DNA of 64,000 bases from Vulcanimicrobiota bacterium (GTDB taxonomy: Bacteria > Vulcanimicrobiota > Vulcanimicrobiia > Vulcanimicrobiales > Vulcanimicrobiaceae): NCBI GenBank assembly GCA_963695225.1, contig OY968762.1:288001-352000 (forward strand). The letters are read 5' to 3'. The notes beneath the pieces were generated by a model, which was not told where the DNA came from, did no database searches, and saw nothing but the letters and a program-made list of their open reading frames with translations. Below, piece by piece: positions 61,174-64,000 of this stretch. Made by a program: the position numbers and the translations under genes. Numbering within the stretch: the first letter of the stretch is position 1; each line of letters begins with the position of its first letter.

Positions 61174-61548
61174 ATGAGCTGGTCGATCGGCGTCGTCGGG
61201 CACATCGGCATCGCGGTTCGCGACCCGCAGAAGAGCGGCGCGTGGTGGCAGCAGATGATAGGGCTCCAGCATCGCTTCGACTTCGACGGCGGAACCGTGG
61301 TCGGCAACGATGCGGTCGATATCGCGCTCTTCACAGGCGAACCGCACCCCGAGTCGCTCGATCACATTTCCTTTCATTTGCAATCGATGGCGGAGCTGCG
61401 CGAAGCGCTCGCCGATCTCAAGGCAAAGGGCGTCGATCTCGAAGACCCCGGAGACGAGATCGGTCCGGAAGGGCCGGGCTCGCCGAACATGGGCCTATGG
61501 TTCCGCGACCCCGACGGCTACCGTTGGGAACTCTCCGTGCTCGCCTGA
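61174..61548 (+). CDS. VOC/glyoxalase family protein
   Basis: GHIGIAVRD, DHISF, FRDPDGYRWEL. Confidence 0.88.
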   Translation: MSWSIGVVGHIGIAVRDPQKSGAWWQQMIGLQHRFDFDGGTVVGNDAVDIALFTGEPHPESLDHISFHLQSMAELREALADLKAKGVDLEDPGDEIGPEGPGSPNMGLWFRDPDGYRWELSVLA

Positions 61549-62028
61549 CGGTAGCCGCAGAACCGCAGTAGCTCTGGGCACGCACGGACCGTACCGGGCT
61601 GAAAATACGTCGAGCACGATCAACAGCACGACGGGGCCGATTAGCGCAACGAGCAGGCGGGCATAGATCGAAGCCCACGATGCCGGATTTCGCGATTCGA
61701 AGAGCATCACGCGACGCTCGCTTCGCGCGCGCGGTTCGTTTGAACGGCCGTGGGCCTCGAGGCGGCCCCGGTGGACCGAGCGCAGGAGGTCCGCGAAGAA
61801 CTCGATCGCTTTATCGAGCAGACGGAAGGGTCGCAGCGCCGCTGAGACTCGTCTGGCGCGTGAAATCAGCCGAAACTCACCATGGGTCGCGTCAAGTCAA
61901 CCGGACGGCGCTCCGAGCTCCCCGGTAAGCAGCGGGCCGGATGGTTTCCCCGCAACGCCGCGCTTGGCAGAGCGAAAGCAACGATCGCAAAGCGTGCATC
62001 GTTGCATTCCACATCGCTACAGGTGCGG

Positions 62029-62053
62029 GTTTGAAGTGACGATTGGCGGGCAA
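62029..62053 (+). promoter_or_regulatory. Possible SigB/SigF-type promoter
   Basis: GTTT-N15-GGGCAA about 50 nt upstream of the hemerythrin gene; short motif. Confidence 0.3.
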
Positions 62054-62105
62054 CGAGAGTGTACGGCGCTGCATCATCGCGCTGTGACTTTGAGAGGACC
62101 GGCAC

Positions 62106-62693
62106 ATGGCCACGGCAACGAAACAGAAGACGGAAGATTCCGACGCAATCGATCTGCTCATTGCAGATCACCGGGCGGTTCAGAAACTCTTTAGGGAGTT
62201 CGACAAGATCAAAGACGGCGGCCGCAAGAGCGAGAAAGAATCGATCGTGCTCGCCGCGTGCGAAGCGCTCACGATCCACGCGGCGATCGAGGAAGAGATC
62301 TTCTATCCGGCGGCGCGCAAGGCGATCGACCAGCCGGATCTGATGGATGAAGCGAAGGTCGAACATGCGGGCGCAAAGGCCCTGATCGCGCAACTCGAGG
62401 TGATGAAGGCCGGCGACGAGCTCTACGACGCGAAGTTCACGGTTCTCGCCGAACAGGTCAACGATCACATCAAGGAAGAGCAGGAAGAGATGTTTCCCTT
62501 GGTGCGCAAGTCGAAGCTCGATACGCGGGCGCTCGGCGCAAGACTGCACGAGCGCAAGATGGAACTCGAAGAAGATATGGCGAGCGACGAATCGGATGGG
62601 TCCTCGCAGAATACCGAGAGCGATGCCCGTCCGGCACGCTCGGCGAAAGCGACGGCCGGCTCGCAGCGCTCCGGCGGCAAGGCCCGCGCCTAG
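62106..62693 (+). CDS. Hemerythrin/HHE domain protein
   Basis: DAIDLLIADH, HAAIEEEIFYP, EH, HIKEEQEEMFP; GAGGA SD. Confidence 0.9.
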   Translation: MATATKQKTEDSDAIDLLIADHRAVQKLFREFDKIKDGGRKSEKESIVLAACEALTIHAAIEEEIFYPAARKAIDQPDLMDEAKVEHAGAKALIAQLEVMKAGDELYDAKFTVLAEQVNDHIKEEQEEMFPLVRKSKLDTRALGARLHERKMELEEDMASDESDGSSQNTESDARPARSAKATAGSQRSGGKARA

Positions 62694-62761
62694 TCGCCGC
62701 TGCTCGCCGGGCGCGCGCCCGGGCCTGCCAAGATCTCGCGGATTTCGGTGGAGTCGGCCGT

Positions 62762-63178
62762 ATGAAGCCAGCCGGAACGATCCTTGCGGTGCTCGGCCTG
62801 TGGCACGGTCTCGCCGCGATCCAGAACGTCTTCGACCTCCTCGCCGGGACCGGCGTGGCCCCCGGGCTGCGGCCGCTGGCATCCAAGAACCTCGCGCTCG
62901 TCGGGAAGCTCGCGGCGCCGTTGCATCCGCCGAAAGAGGCGCTCGTCGCCCTCGTCGCCGCCGCATCGGCGCTCGAGGCGGCGGCGTGCGCCTCTTTCAG
63001 CCGCGGAGCGCTTGAAGGCGGCGACGGGGACCTCGGCTTCACGTGTTCCCTCGCGCTCTTCGGCGCGTTCTTCCTTATCGACGACGCGTTCGACGACTAC
63101 GACCTCGGCGCGAAGCACCGCGCCATCTTCACGCTCGTAGCCGCCGGATACGCTGCCGTGAAGGCGGCCGAGACGTGA
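62762..63178 (+). CDS. Hypothetical membrane protein
   Basis: 138 aa with hydrophobic segments; GTGA overlap with next gene. Confidence 0.65.
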   Translation: MKPAGTILAVLGLWHGLAAIQNVFDLLAGTGVAPGLRPLASKNLALVGKLAAPLHPPKEALVALVAAASALEAAACASFSRGALEGGDGDLGFTCSLALFGAFFLIDDAFDDYDLGAKHRAIFTLVAAGYAAVKAAET

Positions 63179-63933
63179 AGGCGGTGCTCGTCGCGGGCGC
63201 CGCCGGCGGGATCGGCCAGAGCGTCGTTCGTGCGCTGCTGGCGAGCGGCGAGACGGCCGTCTTCGGAACTTCGCGCAGGGCACAGCGGCTCGCTGAGCTG
63301 TCAGCGCGCCTCGACGCGGAGCAACGCTCGCGTTTCACGCCGATCGAGGGAGACGCGGGCGACTTCGCGGGGGCCGCGAGGATCGTACAACAGACCGTGG
63401 CGCTCGGCGGGGTCGATGCCGGCGTCGCGATCCTCGGCCGCGGCTGGTGGACCGGAGGCCCGGTGCTCGACGCGGCACCCGGCGTGTGGACGTCGATCCT
63501 CGACGAGATGCTGACCGGCCATTTCGCCTTCGCGCGGGCGCTGATCCCGATGCTCGCGTCCCGCCCCGGTAGCCTCTATCTTTCGATCGGTGGCGGCGCG
63601 GCCTTCGCGCCGCTGCGCGACGCGGGCTTGGTCTCGATCGCCGCCGCAGGGCAACTCATGCTCACGCGAGTCTTGGCACGCGAACGCGGGCCGGCTCCGC
63701 CGCGGATTCTCGAACTCGTGGTCGACGGACCGGTCAACACGCGCGAATCGCGACAGTTCGCGGAACCGGCCTGGATACGCGACGACGACGTCGGGCGCGT
63801 CGTCACGGAGCTCGTTCTGCGCGGCGCGACAGCTTGGTCCCCGTCGCGGACGGATGGCCCTGTTATCGTAATGCACGGCCGCAGCGCAGGCGCGTCCATT
63901 CCAGGCACACGCTGTGAGCCCACGGCTTTGTAA
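63175..63933 (+). CDS. SDR family oxidoreductase (atypical)
   Basis: VLVAGAAGGIG Rossmann motif; start moved to GTG 63175. Confidence 0.8.
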   Translation: MKAVLVAGAAGGIGQSVVRALLASGETAVFGTSRRAQRLAELSARLDAEQRSRFTPIEGDAGDFAGAARIVQQTVALGGVDAGVAILGRGWWTGGPVLDAAPGVWTSILDEMLTGHFAFARALIPMLASRPGSLYLSIGGGAAFAPLRDAGLVSIAAAGQLMLTRVLARERGPAPPRILELVVDGPVNTRESRQFAEPAWIRDDDVGRVVTELVLRGATAWSPSRTDGPVIVMHGRSAGASIPGTRCEPTAL

Positions 63934-64000
63934 CCTGTCGAAGGGTGAGCTCGCCTCGAGCGTCTCTGACGGGTATCAGAGTCCCAGGGCGAGTGCGATG

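Noticed and set aside
61495..61710. 71-aa minus-strand ORF with a hydrophobic stretch
   Set aside because: Overlaps the glyoxalase 3' end and has no recognisable motif; unsupported

Overview
High-GC bacterial chromosome segment. The gene set (hutI/hutF, pbpA-pknB-ruvCAB-spoIID-queA, an lptF/G-type gene) fits a diderm soil bacterium, possibly Eremiobacterota/Vulcanimicrobiota; this taxonomy is inference only. 1-22.4 kb: housekeeping genes, a trypsin-Sel1 protein, a large exported protein and an ABC exporter operon. About 22.5-55.5 kb: a ~33 kb accessory, defence-type island, parts of it visibly lower in GC, with no integrase or tRNA found. It holds a HEPN-like gene coupled to an ATPase with an RNAP-alpha-CTD-like tail, an SNF2/DUF1156/DUF499 restriction-like operon, a truncated nuclease, an ABC-ATPase + DUF4276 pair and an Mre11/Rad50-like + DUF2075 operon. 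Three of these genes appear to start at CTG, ATC or ATT. A ~10 kb cassette bounded by a diverged ~0.8 kb direct repeat of the Mre11 5' half carries a protease, an IS21 nested in an IS3, and an oxidoreductase + STAND-TPR pair. Decaying toxin-antitoxin genes close the island. 55.6-64 kb: small accessory genes, including a 52-aa CxCxCxC precursor peptide missing from the ORF track directly upstream of a radical SAM/SPASM maturase (candidate new RiPP). Family assignments come from motifs recognised by eye; no searches were run.
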